Below, in pieces: positions 28,290 to 37,611 of a DNA stretch of 64,000 nucleotides; the stretch's first letter is position 1; the number at the start of each line of letters is the position of its first letter. The DNA comes from Chthonomonadales bacterium (lineage in GTDB: Bacteria > Armatimonadota > Chthonomonadetes > Chthonomonadales > CAJBBX01), in NCBI GenBank assembly GCA_049967475.1, contig JBMFSQ010000013.1, forward strand, positions 1 to 64,000, read 5' to 3'. The notes under the pieces are model-generated. The model did no database searches. It had not been told where the DNA came from and saw nothing but the letters and a program-made list of their open reading frames with translations. A program made the translations under genes and the position numbers.

Positions 28290-30215
28290 CTACGGGTAGT
28301 ACCGGATGCGTATCTTGCCCGCAAAAGCAGGATCAATCTGCTTCAGAACCCCTTCTGCGATGCGCTGAGACTTGTGGTGCCTTCCCGGCGAGGGCTCATA
28401 CGCAAACTGCAGATCCACCCCCCGAGCCACGATGGCCTCCGTGAGGCGTGTAACAGCCACCAACGCAGGAACTACGAATACATGCTGGAAGCGCGTAAAA
28501 GGAGCCGACACCAATAGGATCGCCACCAACAGCAGATGCACCACGTACAGCGGCATCACCCAAAGGTTTGCTCCGGAATACCGAAGCGTCTCCACCAGAA
28601 AGCCCGTCAAGATCACCAGAGCCAACTGGTTGATGAAAAGGTAGTCCCGGCCCAAGGTCAGTCCGTTGTCTATGTACTCATCCCGGGCATAGCGATACCG
28701 CACATAGACGATGCCCGCAAATACGGCAAGCCCGGCGAGGTTGGGCAGCAGCTTCAGCGGATGGGTCAGCGGGAGCGGATTGCGCAAGGGGTTCGCTGCC
28801 TGCATGAGCATATCAGCCAACATCAGGCCGCCGAACCCATAAATCAGGAGCCCGTGCATCACCCAGCGGAACTTGTCCTTCTTGTAAAGGGAACCCACGA
28901 GAAGCCCATCCACCACCAACGCCCGAAGAACGATGGCCAGCGCCTTGCCGTATCCCAACCGGCCCACATACGGCTTGAGCTGACGCACGCCGGCGCAATC
29001 CAGCCAATACCACAGCACCTTGAGCGAAAGAAGGAGCGCTACCAGCGTCACGAGCGAGAAGCCGATCCCCACATTGCGCACCGAGAGCAGGGTGGCTACC
29101 CGGTAAGAGGCCGGTATCTGAGACGGATCGAGCTTGGTGTGGCGAAGATAATCGTAAATCTGGGCGATCTCCGCATCCGATGTGTCCGAGGGTGGCAGGG
29201 CCGGCATCATTCCCTTGCCGCGCCGAACGGTGAGTTTCACCTGGTCCAGAGAAAGGCGTGTCCCGGCGAGGGGCGGCCCGAACGCCCCCATCCCTGTGGG
29301 GCCATGACATCCGGCACAGGAAGAGTTCGCCCAAACCTCGGCGGGCGTTTCCGGAGGATTGGGCTGCCTCGGGCTCTGCTGCTGGGCAGCGGAACGGCTC
29401 GCCAAAACCAGCAGGAGGGCCGCCCCGGCAAGCCCCAGCATCCGCGCCACGAAATGGACCGCTCCTGCAGGGTTGCGTGTCCCCGCCGGATGCCGCCCTT
29501 CCCGCTCCGGCGGGCCGGCAGCCATCCATTCGGATGGTTCCCGCGGCTCCTGCGTCGGCACAACGCCCTGCCCGGCCGTCTCCTGAGCCGCCATGGTTCC
29601 TAGGTAGAGGTTCGCAGGTTCGGTTGCACATTCGGGCAACAACTTGAAGGGATCCCGACCTGTACGCTCTCGCTGCTCCGCTACATAGCGGCTGATCTTG
29701 CTCGATGGGTCCTCGAGGTCGCCGAAGATCCGCGCGGTGGTAGGACATGCCACCACACATGCCGGCTCCAGCCCCTGATCCACACGCTGGGCGCAGAAGG
29801 TGCATTTGCGGGCTACATTCTGCTTGAGGCGGGGCCGCACGAAGTCCCGCTCGTACGCTCGGTCCTCGGGCAGGTACCACTCGTCCGTGGCCCTGAGAAC
29901 GATATTGCCGTACGGGCATGCCGACACGCACGCGCCTGTGCCGCGGCACCGATCCTGGTCAATGAGCACGATCCCGTCGGGTCGGCGAAAGATGGCCTTG
30001 TTGGGACAGGCCTTCAGGCAGGCAGGGTTCTCGCAATGGTTGCACAGCACCGGAATGTACACCCGCTTCACGTTCGGGAACGTCCCGGCTTCCACGTTGA
30101 GCACCCTGGCAAAGAACACGTCGGCAGGGGTGCCGTTCTCCTGCTTGCAGGCCACTGTGCACGCATCGCATCCGATGCACCGTGTTAGGTCAATGAGCAT
30201 GGCCAGTCTTGCCAT
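28290..30215 (-). CDS. Fusion protein: Fe-S beta subunit + monoheme cytochrome c + NarI-like b-heme membrane domain
   Basis: CIGCDACTVAC, CNHCENPACLKAC, CRGTGACVSAC, KCTFC..PACVVAC; then a hydrophobic helix and CAGCH...GMMP; then several TMs with MHG, VVHLL and FQHVF histidines. Confidence 0.85.
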   Translation of the reverse strand: MARLAMLIDLTRCIGCDACTVACKQENGTPADVFFARVLNVEAGTFPNVKRVYIPVLCNHCENPACLKACPNKAIFRRPDGIVLIDQDRCRGTGACVSACPYGNIVLRATDEWYLPEDRAYERDFVRPRLKQNVARKCTFCAQRVDQGLEPACVVACPTTARIFGDLEDPSSKISRYVAEQRERTGRDPFKLLPECATEPANLYLGTMAAQETAGQGVVPTQEPREPSEWMAAGPPEREGRHPAGTRNPAGAVHFVARMLGLAGAALLLVLASRSAAQQQSPRQPNPPETPAEVWANSSCAGCHGPTGMGAFGPPLAGTRLSLDQVKLTVRRGKGMMPALPPSDTSDAEIAQIYDYLRHTKLDPSQIPASYRVATLLSVRNVGIGFSLVTLVALLLSLKVLWYWLDCAGVRQLKPYVGRLGYGKALAIVLRALVVDGLLVGSLYKKDKFRWVMHGLLIYGFGGLMLADMLMQAANPLRNPLPLTHPLKLLPNLAGLAVFAGIVYVRYRYARDEYIDNGLTLGRDYLFINQLALVILTGFLVETLRYSGANLWVMPLYVVHLLLVAILLVSAPFTRFQHVFVVPALVAVTRLTEAIVARGVDLQFAYEPSPGRHHKSQRIAEGVLKQIDPAFAGKIRIRYYP

Positions 30216-30217
30216 CG

Positions 30218-32656
30218 TCAGCTCACCTTTCGTACGTCCACGCGCGTGTCCTTCCAATGCTGCCCCGGCGCGTAAACGGCAGGCAAGTAATACGCCTCAT
30301 GCGTCGGCTTGATCTTCTGGTGGGTATGCACCGCATGATACTTGCCGCCTCCCAAGTAACGGTCCCACCACCCATGATCCACGCAAACTACTCCGGGCTT
30401 TATGGCCTCTGTAACCAAAGCCCACAAGCGATAGCTCCCGTTGTTGTTGAAGATCTCCACAGCATCGCCGTCTCGGATGCCCCGGGCAGCCGCATCTCTG
30501 GGGTTCATCTCCACCACAGGCTTCCGATTGAGGTTCAGCAGGATGGGGTTGTTGCTGTGGGTCGAATGTACACGCCACTTGGAGTGGGGCGTTACGATGG
30601 CCAGGGGAAGCCGCTGATCCGCCTCCGGCAGATGGCTGAAGCTCGGCTTGTATTGAGGAAGGGCTTCTCCCAACTTCAGATAGATCTCCTCTTCCTTGTA
30701 GAACTCCATCCGCCCCGTCTTGAGGAACTCGCGCTGCTGCTCCACTTTGAAGGGCAATGCTCGCGGCGGAAAGGGCTTCTTCTCAATCAGTTGCTCATCG
30801 AGCCCAATCTCGGGATCCGGCACGTTCAGGCGCACCGGGCCCTCAAGAAGCTGCTCCAGCGTAATGCCTTCCGTCTCCTTGCCGGCGGTCTCCAACAGAA
30901 TGCGTATGGCGTCCAGCTCTGTGAGGTCGAAGTAATGGGATAATTCGGGAGCCACGCGTTTGACGAGTTCGCGCACAATCCACAACTCCGTGCGGCTCTC
31001 GAACTGCGGCGGGATTACCGGCTGTTGCATCTGCAGATAGGGGTGGCAGCCGGTTGCCACCAAATCATACTTCTCCCAGAAGGTGGGAGCGGGCAGTACC
31101 ACGTCGGCGTACTCGCACGTCGGCGTCATGGAGAAATCGGTCACCACGAAGAGTTCCAACGCATCTATGGCGCGGCGCATGGGCTCGGAGAACTCTGTAA
31201 CCAAGGGGTTCGCATGGGACACGAAAAGAGCCTTGAAACCGCTCTTGGGGAACCTGATCTTCGGGTTTATGGTGTCGGTGGGCTGCCCAAGCACAAAATA
31301 GTGCATCGGGACGTTGTTGGGCCGCTTCCCTTCAGGAAACCAGAAGCCGCTGATATCTATGCGGAAGTGGTGCTGGCCGGAATAGATGGACACCCCCGAA
31401 CCGGGAACGCCGTAATTCCCCGCCAACGCACTCAGCAACAGGACCGCCCGGATCGTGAGATCACCGTGGAGCCGGTGGTTGATGCCCATCCCAATCAGAA
31501 TAATGGCGGGCTTCGTGGCGGCATATTCCCGCGCTACCTGGCGGATCGTATCTGCAGGGATATCGGTCACGCGGGCAACATTCTCCACCGAGTACTCTTC
31601 GCGCATTATGAGCTCTTCCAGCAGGTCGAATACAGGCCGGACCCTCACGGTGCCGCCCTCCACCTGGGCCTCCAAACTGCCGCGAAAACGAGGCCGCACG
31701 TCGGCAGGCAGCTCCAAGGTGTCCGACGGAAGCACGAACCACCGGCCCCCGGCCTCATCCCATACCGGGAATTCGTTCTCGCCCCCAATCCCCAAATCGG
31801 AAGCGCGCAGCCTGCGGCCCGTGTCCTCCCGAATAAGGGTCGCGCAATCCGTGTAGGTACGCAAAAATTCCCAGTTGACCAGCCCTTCCTCCAGAAGCAC
31901 GCGGCACATTCCCAAAGCAAGGGCGCCGTCCGTACCCGGATTGATGGGCAGCCAAAGATCCGACCCCTTGGCGGTCTGACTGCAGCGGGGGTCAATGCAC
32001 ACGATGCGGCAGCCGTTCTGCTGCTTCGCCTCCTTCGTTAGAAAATGGGCATCCGGAATGCGCGTCTGAAAAATGTTGGCGGACCACAGGATGGCGTATT
32101 TGGCATATCCCCAGCTTTTGCTCTCACACTCCACGCTGTCTATCCCAACCGTCTGCGTGAAGCCCATGGAGATATCGCCGTTGTAGTCGTAGGCGGTAGC
32201 AAACGACATTCCCAGGAGCGCCGCCATACGGATCTGGGCCCCCTTCTGAACATAGCTGGTTCCCACCACCTGATTGAACAGCAGCATGCTCTCCGGGCCG
32301 TACGCCGCCATGATGCGCTTCATGTTGGAGGCGATGAACTCGAGCGCCTCATCCCACGAAGCTTCCTTCCATTTGCCCTCACCGCGCGCCCCCTGACGAA
32401 TGAGGGGCGTCTTGATGCGGTCCGGACCATAGATCATATGGGTCATGGACATGCCGCGCAGGCAGCCGCGCGGATTGTACTCGTCACACGGATAATCAGC
32501 CGCCGGCTTCAGATCCACAATCACGCCGTCTACTACAGTGGCATTCCAGCCGCACGCTCCGGTGCAGTTGGGGCTGTCCGTTGTCCGCACGATGCGGGCC
32601 TCTCCGGCGGGCAGCGGCGAAGGATGCCTACCTGGAACAGCGTATCGAGTTGTCAT
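30218..32656 (-). CDS. Molybdopterin oxidoreductase catalytic subunit, type II DMSO-reductase family (NarG/SerA/PcrA-like; putative nitrate reductase)
   Basis: DSPNCTGAC...NPRGC FS0 motif, RGEGKW..SWDEA, YDYNGD (putative Asp Mo ligand), PGTDGALA, ADVVLP, TPHSKWRVHS; no twin-arginine leader. Confidence 0.88.
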   Translation of the reverse strand: MTTRYAVPGRHPSPLPAGEARIVRTTDSPNCTGACGWNATVVDGVIVDLKPAADYPCDEYNPRGCLRGMSMTHMIYGPDRIKTPLIRQGARGEGKWKEASWDEALEFIASNMKRIMAAYGPESMLLFNQVVGTSYVQKGAQIRMAALLGMSFATAYDYNGDISMGFTQTVGIDSVECESKSWGYAKYAILWSANIFQTRIPDAHFLTKEAKQQNGCRIVCIDPRCSQTAKGSDLWLPINPGTDGALALGMCRVLLEEGLVNWEFLRTYTDCATLIREDTGRRLRASDLGIGGENEFPVWDEAGGRWFVLPSDTLELPADVRPRFRGSLEAQVEGGTVRVRPVFDLLEELIMREEYSVENVARVTDIPADTIRQVAREYAATKPAIILIGMGINHRLHGDLTIRAVLLLSALAGNYGVPGSGVSIYSGQHHFRIDISGFWFPEGKRPNNVPMHYFVLGQPTDTINPKIRFPKSGFKALFVSHANPLVTEFSEPMRRAIDALELFVVTDFSMTPTCEYADVVLPAPTFWEKYDLVATGCHPYLQMQQPVIPPQFESRTELWIVRELVKRVAPELSHYFDLTELDAIRILLETAGKETEGITLEQLLEGPVRLNVPDPEIGLDEQLIEKKPFPPRALPFKVEQQREFLKTGRMEFYKEEEIYLKLGEALPQYKPSFSHLPEADQRLPLAIVTPHSKWRVHSTHSNNPILLNLNRKPVVEMNPRDAAARGIRDGDAVEIFNNNGSYRLWALVTEAIKPGVVCVDHGWWDRYLGGGKYHAVHTHQKIKPTHEAYYLPAVYAPGQHWKDTRVDVRKVS

Positions 32657-32709
32657 TCTTCCAACCCCCTTCAACCGTGGGCCACGGATGCAGGTCGCCG
32701 GGATATAGA

Positions 32710-32773
32710 CAATATCTGCATCCACATATCCGATTTCAACGTCTATTATGCTCCCGCGTCCGATCCCCGTCCA
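32710..32773 (-). promoter_or_regulatory. Promoter plus palindromic operator for the Mo-enzyme gene
   Basis: Minus-strand TGGACG-N17-CATAAT; 22-mer (plus strand CAATATCTGCATCCACATATCC, 32710-32731) 13 nt downstream of the -10. Confidence 0.6.
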
Positions 32774-32808
32774 TCAGGAAATATGTAATGGCGGCCAGTA
32801 CTCCAGTA

Positions 32809-34011
32809 CTAGCCTTCCGGCTGAAGCGGGCCCGCAGCCTCCAGAACTCTGCCGGAACCCGCCTGCTTCAGGAATACGGCGTAATTCGTTACGAGGCACA
32901 CGGCGCAGAAGACACTCAAAAGGATGAACCCTAGGTCATAGGCCCCGGTCTGCTTCTTTATGATGCCCAAGACCAGCGGCGGAAAGAACCCGCCAAGTCC
33001 GCCCATCGCGCCTACAAGCCCGGTAACCGTGCCCGTGTCCTTTGGGAAAAACTGCGGAACGAGTTTGAATACCGCCCCGTTTCCCAGTCCGATGAACGCC
33101 GCCACTCCAAGGGCTCCGATGGAGAAGGGCACGATGTTCTCCGATGTCAGCCCAAGGGCCAGGATCCCAGCGCCTGAAAATACGGCCATGAGCACCCTCG
33201 CTCCCCCAATGCGGTCGCTCAGCCATCCGCCGATGGGCCGCATGGCGGTCGCCAGAACAACGAAGCCGGCCACCCGCAGGCCGGCATCGGCCGCCGTAAG
33301 CTTGAAGATCTCCTGCAAAAGCTTGGGCAGCCCGATGCTCAGGGCTACAAATCCCCCGAATGTCACAAAATAGAACAGCGACAGGAGCCACGAGCGCGGT
33401 TCCCGAGCCAAAACCTTCAACATCTCCGAAAAGCTCTTCGGCTTCGCCGCAACCGGGGCATTGTGCGCCAGCAGCAAGAAACACACACCGTACACAAGCG
33501 CTACCGCAGCAAACACCTGATAAGCGGACCGCCACCCCCCGAGCCTCAGCGCAAGCGCCGGGATGCCCCAAAGTGCGATGCTCTGGCCGATGTTCCCTGC
33601 ACCATACACTCCCAGCGCCAGCCCCTGTTTCTCCGGCGGAAACCATTTGGACGTAAACGCGATCCCTATGGAAAAGGAAGTGCCGGCCATTCCCAACAGC
33701 AACCCCCAGAAAAGAAACTCGCCGAAGCTTTGGGCGCCGCTGAGCATGTACGCCGGAACCGAGATGAACAACAGCAACAACCCGAAGACGATGCGCCCTC
33801 CGTACCGGTCCGCCAACATCCCCAGCGGAAGCCGCATCACTGATCCCAGCAGAACAGGAACGGAGATCAACATCCACGTCTGCTGATCCGTAAAGCCAAA
33901 CTGCTTCTTGAAGGTCTGGGCCATCGGCGAGATGATGCCCCACACAGCAAAGCTGATGGCAAAGGCTACTGTAGAAAGAGCGAGCGCGCGCACGGAACCT
34001 TTTTGCCTCAT
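32809..34011 (-). CDS. narK: NarK/NRT2-type nitrate/nitrite MFS transporter
   Basis: Both conserved Arg residues (SVMRLPLG, TAMRPIGG), signature-like GLGNGAVFK and GAMGGLGGFF, YFVTFGGF, about 12 TMs. Confidence 0.9.
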   Translation of the reverse strand: MRQKGSVRALALSTVAFAISFAVWGIISPMAQTFKKQFGFTDQQTWMLISVPVLLGSVMRLPLGMLADRYGGRIVFGLLLLFISVPAYMLSGAQSFGEFLFWGLLLGMAGTSFSIGIAFTSKWFPPEKQGLALGVYGAGNIGQSIALWGIPALALRLGGWRSAYQVFAAVALVYGVCFLLLAHNAPVAAKPKSFSEMLKVLAREPRSWLLSLFYFVTFGGFVALSIGLPKLLQEIFKLTAADAGLRVAGFVVLATAMRPIGGWLSDRIGGARVLMAVFSGAGILALGLTSENIVPFSIGALGVAAFIGLGNGAVFKLVPQFFPKDTGTVTGLVGAMGGLGGFFPPLVLGIIKKQTGAYDLGFILLSVFCAVCLVTNYAVFLKQAGSGRVLEAAGPLQPEG

Positions 34012-34106
34012 TTTCCATGCCTCCGTTCGGCAGACGATATAGGTATTGCCGGACGATGCCTTTTGCCCCGGCCGCCTGCCGGCCCGAATCGGCGGCGGAA
34101 CAGCCC

Positions 34107-34171
34107 GGATAATTAGATCCACATATCCTGTAATTCGGCGTATTATAACGCCTCCGCACCAGCCCTGTCAA
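34107..34171 (-). promoter_or_regulatory. Consensus sigma70 promoter plus palindromic operator for narK
   Basis: Minus-strand TTGACA-N18-TATAAT; 22-mer (plus strand GGATAATTAGATCCACATATCC, 34107-34128) 13 nt downstream of the -10. Confidence 0.75.
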
Positions 34172-34240
34172 CTATCGCCCACCGCCGGCCTCGCTCCCCA
34201 TGGCCCGCCGCTCCGGAACCCGACGTGCGGGCAACGGTGC

Positions 34241-34269
34241 TTGACAAACCCGGCTCAGACGCGCATACT
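34241..34269 (+). promoter_or_regulatory. Sigma70 promoter for rsfS
   Basis: TTGACA-N17-CATACT. Confidence 0.7.
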
Positions 34270-34335
34270 GTGCATTGCATTCGCGGCCCAGTACGAAAGA
34301 CCGCAGGCGCCCACGCGGAGGAAACCCGGAGATCT

Positions 34336-34677
34336 ATGACTTCTGAAGAGAAGGCGCGCATCATCTCACGCGCTGCCGATGCCAAGCAGGCGCGGGATAT
34401 GGTCCTTCTGGACCTGCGCGGCCTCACATTGATGACCGACTATTTCCTGATCTGTTCAGGAACGTCCAACATCCATATCCGCACCATTGTAGACAGCATC
34501 CTCGAAGCGATGAAGCATGCCGGTGCGGGCGGCATCCGCGTGGAAGGGTACGACGCGGCAGTGTGGGCTCTGCTGGATTACGGCGATGTCGTCGTCCACG
34601 TGATGGCGCCTGAACAGCGCGCGTATTATAATCTGGAAGCCTTCTGGAAGGATGCACGCCGGGTGCATCTGGAGTAG
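34336..34677 (+). CDS. rsfS: Ribosome silencing factor RsfS (Iojap)
   Basis: KQARDMVLLDL, TDYFLICSG, WALLDYGDVVVHV, YNLEAFW. Confidence 0.95.
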   Translation: MTSEEKARIISRAADAKQARDMVLLDLRGLTLMTDYFLICSGTSNIHIRTIVDSILEAMKHAGAGGIRVEGYDAAVWALLDYGDVVVHVMAPEQRAYYNLEAFWKDARRVHLE

Positions 34678-34682
34678 TAGGC

Positions 34683-35585
34683 ATGAACGCAGAGGACCGC
34701 ACGGAAATGGGCTCCGGCCCTCCCGCCGATCCCAACCGCACCCAACCCATTCCTCCGCTGCCGGAAAGCGGACGCATCGAGGGCCAACCTCCCGCTTCGT
34801 CACAGAACCTTCAAGAGGAAAATCTCCGCCTCGCCACGGAACTGGCCCGCAGAGGGATCCCGCCCGAAGAGATCAACCGCCTCCTTTCCCTCGGCGCCGC
34901 CCCCCACGCTCCGCAGGCGCCGGCGCAACCGGAACCCACGCAAGCCGCTCCACGCAAAGCCTTCCAACCCCGCCCCACCATCACCCTTCCGGAGTTTCGC
35001 CCTGTGTCCGACGCCGAGAAGGCCCAGGCGGATCGCCTGCTGATTCAAGCAAATATCGCGAGGCGCCGCAACCGATACACCGAAGCCGAACGCCTCTGCC
35101 GCGAAGCCATTGAATATACCCCGTCAGACGCGGCAGCCCTGGAGCTGTACGGCGACATCCTCCAATCCATCGGCCGCGTGGACGACGCACTCTATGCCTA
35201 CGACCGCGCCCGCACCGCCGACCCGAATCGCTCGTCCGCCGAAAGAAAGTACGCGCAGCTTACCCTCGCCCAAGAAACGGACATCCTCTCGGGCGCCGAA
35301 GGCGCTGCCCATCGAAACCCCTCCCTGGCCGTATTCCTCTCGGCGACCCTTCCCGGCGCCGGCCAGGTGTACAACGGGCAAGCTGCCAAGGGGCTGGCAA
35401 TCGCTCTGGCAGAACTCCTGGCCGTCTACCTGTGGCTCTGGACACCCTTGCGCAATCCCACAGGGCATCCCAACCTTACCGCTGCACTCGTGGCCCTGGC
35501 AGCCGTAGTCTACATCTACGCTGTAGCCGACGCCAACATAGGAGCCCGGCAAGCCGGCAGGTCCAAATCGGGGTGGGAAGTGTAG
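34683..35585 (+). CDS. TPR-repeat protein with C-terminal TM2-like membrane domain
   Basis: TPR (ELYGDILQSIGRVDDALYAY), LSATLPGAGQVYNGQ, three TM segments. Confidence 0.75.
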   Translation: MNAEDRTEMGSGPPADPNRTQPIPPLPESGRIEGQPPASSQNLQEENLRLATELARRGIPPEEINRLLSLGAAPHAPQAPAQPEPTQAAPRKAFQPRPTITLPEFRPVSDAEKAQADRLLIQANIARRRNRYTEAERLCREAIEYTPSDAAALELYGDILQSIGRVDDALYAYDRARTADPNRSSAERKYAQLTLAQETDILSGAEGAAHRNPSLAVFLSATLPGAGQVYNGQAAKGLAIALAELLAVYLWLWTPLRNPTGHPNLTAALVALAAVVYIYAVADANIGARQAGRSKSGWEV

Positions 35586-35609
35586 TTTCCCAACGCAGAG
35601 CCCACAGGG

Positions 35610-36386
35610 TCACGCCGGTTGGGCCGCCTGTACAGTGCCGTGTTCGATGCGGCCGTCTTTCAGGCGAATGGCCCTATGGGCGTACTGCGCCAGGCGCTCG
35701 TTGTGCGTTACCACCACAACAGTGACGCCGTGGGCGTTCACTTCGCGCAGCAGATGGATGATCCTTTCTCCGGTGACGCTGTCGAGGTTCCCGGTAGGTT
35801 CATCGGCAAGGAGCAGGCGGGGAGAGTTCGCCAGTGCCCGTGCGATGGCCACGCGCTGCATCTCGCCGCCCGAAAGCTCGGCAGGCCGATGGCTGCGCCT
35901 CTCCCACAACCCGGTGAGGTGCAGCAGTTGCTCCACGCGTTGCCGGTTCCTCGTGCGGGCCAGCATCATAGGGAGGGCAACATTCTCTTCGACGCTCAGC
36001 GTGGGCAAGAGCCCAAAGTGTTGGAACACGAACCCAACCATGTCCCTCCGGAAGGCCGTGAGCTCGCGATCCCTCAAACACGTCAAGTCCCGCCCCGCGA
36101 GCCTCACCCTTCCGGAAGTCGGCCGATCCATCGCACCTATAATCTGCAGCAACGTGGTCTTTCCCGATCCTGAGGGCCCCGTTACGACAACGAAGGCGCC
36201 TTCCTCCACACTCAGGGACACGCCGTCCAGTGCGCGCACTTCCTCCCGCCCCCGCCGGTACCATTTGCTCAATCCCTCGGCCTCTACAATCGGTTGCCGG
36301 ATGGCGCGCCCCGTGCCGAGACCACACGGAGGGCCAGCCGCCGTTCCGGTGCGGAGCGCCTGCGTCCTTTCCTGCTCCATCCCCAT
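35610..36386 (-). CDS. ABC transporter ATP-binding protein (LolD/MacB-type)
   Basis: GPSGSGKT, LSGGEMQR, LLADEPTGNLD, VTH. Confidence 0.95.
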   Translation of the reverse strand: MGMEQERTQALRTGTAAGPPCGLGTGRAIRQPIVEAEGLSKWYRRGREEVRALDGVSLSVEEGAFVVVTGPSGSGKTTLLQIIGAMDRPTSGRVRLAGRDLTCLRDRELTAFRRDMVGFVFQHFGLLPTLSVEENVALPMMLARTRNRQRVEQLLHLTGLWERRSHRPAELSGGEMQRVAIARALANSPRLLLADEPTGNLDSVTGERIIHLLREVNAHGVTVVVVTHNERLAQYAHRAIRLKDGRIEHGTVQAAQPA

Positions 36387-36408
36387 GCCCCCTTAGACGA
36401 TTTCACTC

Positions 36409-37584
36409 CTACAGAAGGTCTCGCATGGCGCTCGCCGGCGAGAGGCGCGCAGCCCTCCAGGCAGGAAGAAGTGCCGCACCGATACACAGAAGGCATACGG
36501 CACCGGTAGCTCCCAGCCCCACGTCCCAATCCAGCCGCACCAGCCCTGTGTGGGGTGCGAAAGGCAGCCGCGCGCGGAGCCAACCTTCTGCAGCCGCCGC
36601 AAACGCCCACGCCCCGGCCACTCCCAGAACACACCCTCCCAAACTCAACGCCCAAGCCTCTCCTAGGACCAGCGCGAAGACCTGGCCGGGCGTGGCGCCC
36701 GCCGAACGAAGGATGCCGATCTCACGCGTCCTTTGGGACACCGCCATGAACATGGCATTGGCAACTCCCGTAGCGGCGCACATCACGGCAAGCACCGCCA
36801 AGGCGCCGAGAAACAGCCGCGTGCCGGTAACCACCCCGGACACACTTTCGAAGAGCCGGCTCACGGGGATCACATTCATATCCAGGCCCGCGTCGCACCC
36901 CCGCAATTGCGAGGCTACCGCATCGGCGTTCTCCGGCTGGTCCAGCCGCACCAAAATGTGCGTCAGGCGCCCAGACTTGTGGAACCAGCGGCGCGCATCG
37001 GCCAGCAACACGTAAAGGAATAGATCGTCGGGCCCATCCAGCCGCTCCAAGATCCCGCTTATGCGCCCCCGCACCGAAGGCAATCCCGGCAATGAGATCG
37101 GCGTACCGGGCTTCCACCCGTGCTCTCGCGCAACCTGAGCCCCCGCCAGCACATCTCCGCATCTGGAGGGAAACGCTCCCACGATGCGCCAGCGCCGCTT
37201 CACCCGCAGTATGTCCGCATCTACGCCGCAATAGACATCTTGCACCCCGGACCGCTCCCCGTAGACCACGGCCATCAACACGGGGGCCGCCACCTCTACG
37301 TGGCGCACCCTGCGCACGATCCCCAGGTAGTCCCCTCTCAGGTAGCATGGCCAGTTCGCCCCGTGCAGCGCCATGGATGCCGCATCGTAGGGACATCCTT
37401 TCGGCGTAACGATAAGCTGGGCGCCCAGCCACTCGATCTCCTGCTTCACACCTGCCTCGTACCCCCGCGTGAAGGCGCCCAGGATCAGAGCGGCGCCCGA
37501 CGCCAAGGCAACGCAGCATGCCGCAACGCCGGTGCGTGTGCGCGAGAGCAGAAGGCACGCAAGTACATACCGGATAGAGCTCAT
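36409..37584 (-). CDS. ABC transporter permease (MacB/FtsX-like)
   Basis: Periplasmic domain with PKGCPYDAA; QRTREIGILRSAGAT; PAWRAARLSP. Confidence 0.9.
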   Translation of the reverse strand: MSSIRYVLACLLLSRTRTGVAACCVALASGAALILGAFTRGYEAGVKQEIEWLGAQLIVTPKGCPYDAASMALHGANWPCYLRGDYLGIVRRVRHVEVAAPVLMAVVYGERSGVQDVYCGVDADILRVKRRWRIVGAFPSRCGDVLAGAQVAREHGWKPGTPISLPGLPSVRGRISGILERLDGPDDLFLYVLLADARRWFHKSGRLTHILVRLDQPENADAVASQLRGCDAGLDMNVIPVSRLFESVSGVVTGTRLFLGALAVLAVMCAATGVANAMFMAVSQRTREIGILRSAGATPGQVFALVLGEAWALSLGGCVLGVAGAWAFAAAAEGWLRARLPFAPHTGLVRLDWDVGLGATGAVCLLCIGAALLPAWRAARLSPASAMRDLL

Positions 37585-37611
37585 ACCTCCCCCAAACCGC
37601 CGCACAAGACC

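Noticed and set aside
32600..32725. Tat signal on the Mo enzyme, including the longer ATG at 32725
   Set aside because: No twin-arginine motif or hydrophobic helix; the upstream ATG lies within the operator
34012..34240. FNR/CRP box for the nitrate cluster
   Set aside because: No TTGAT-N4-ATCAA-like site seen; a different palindrome is present instead
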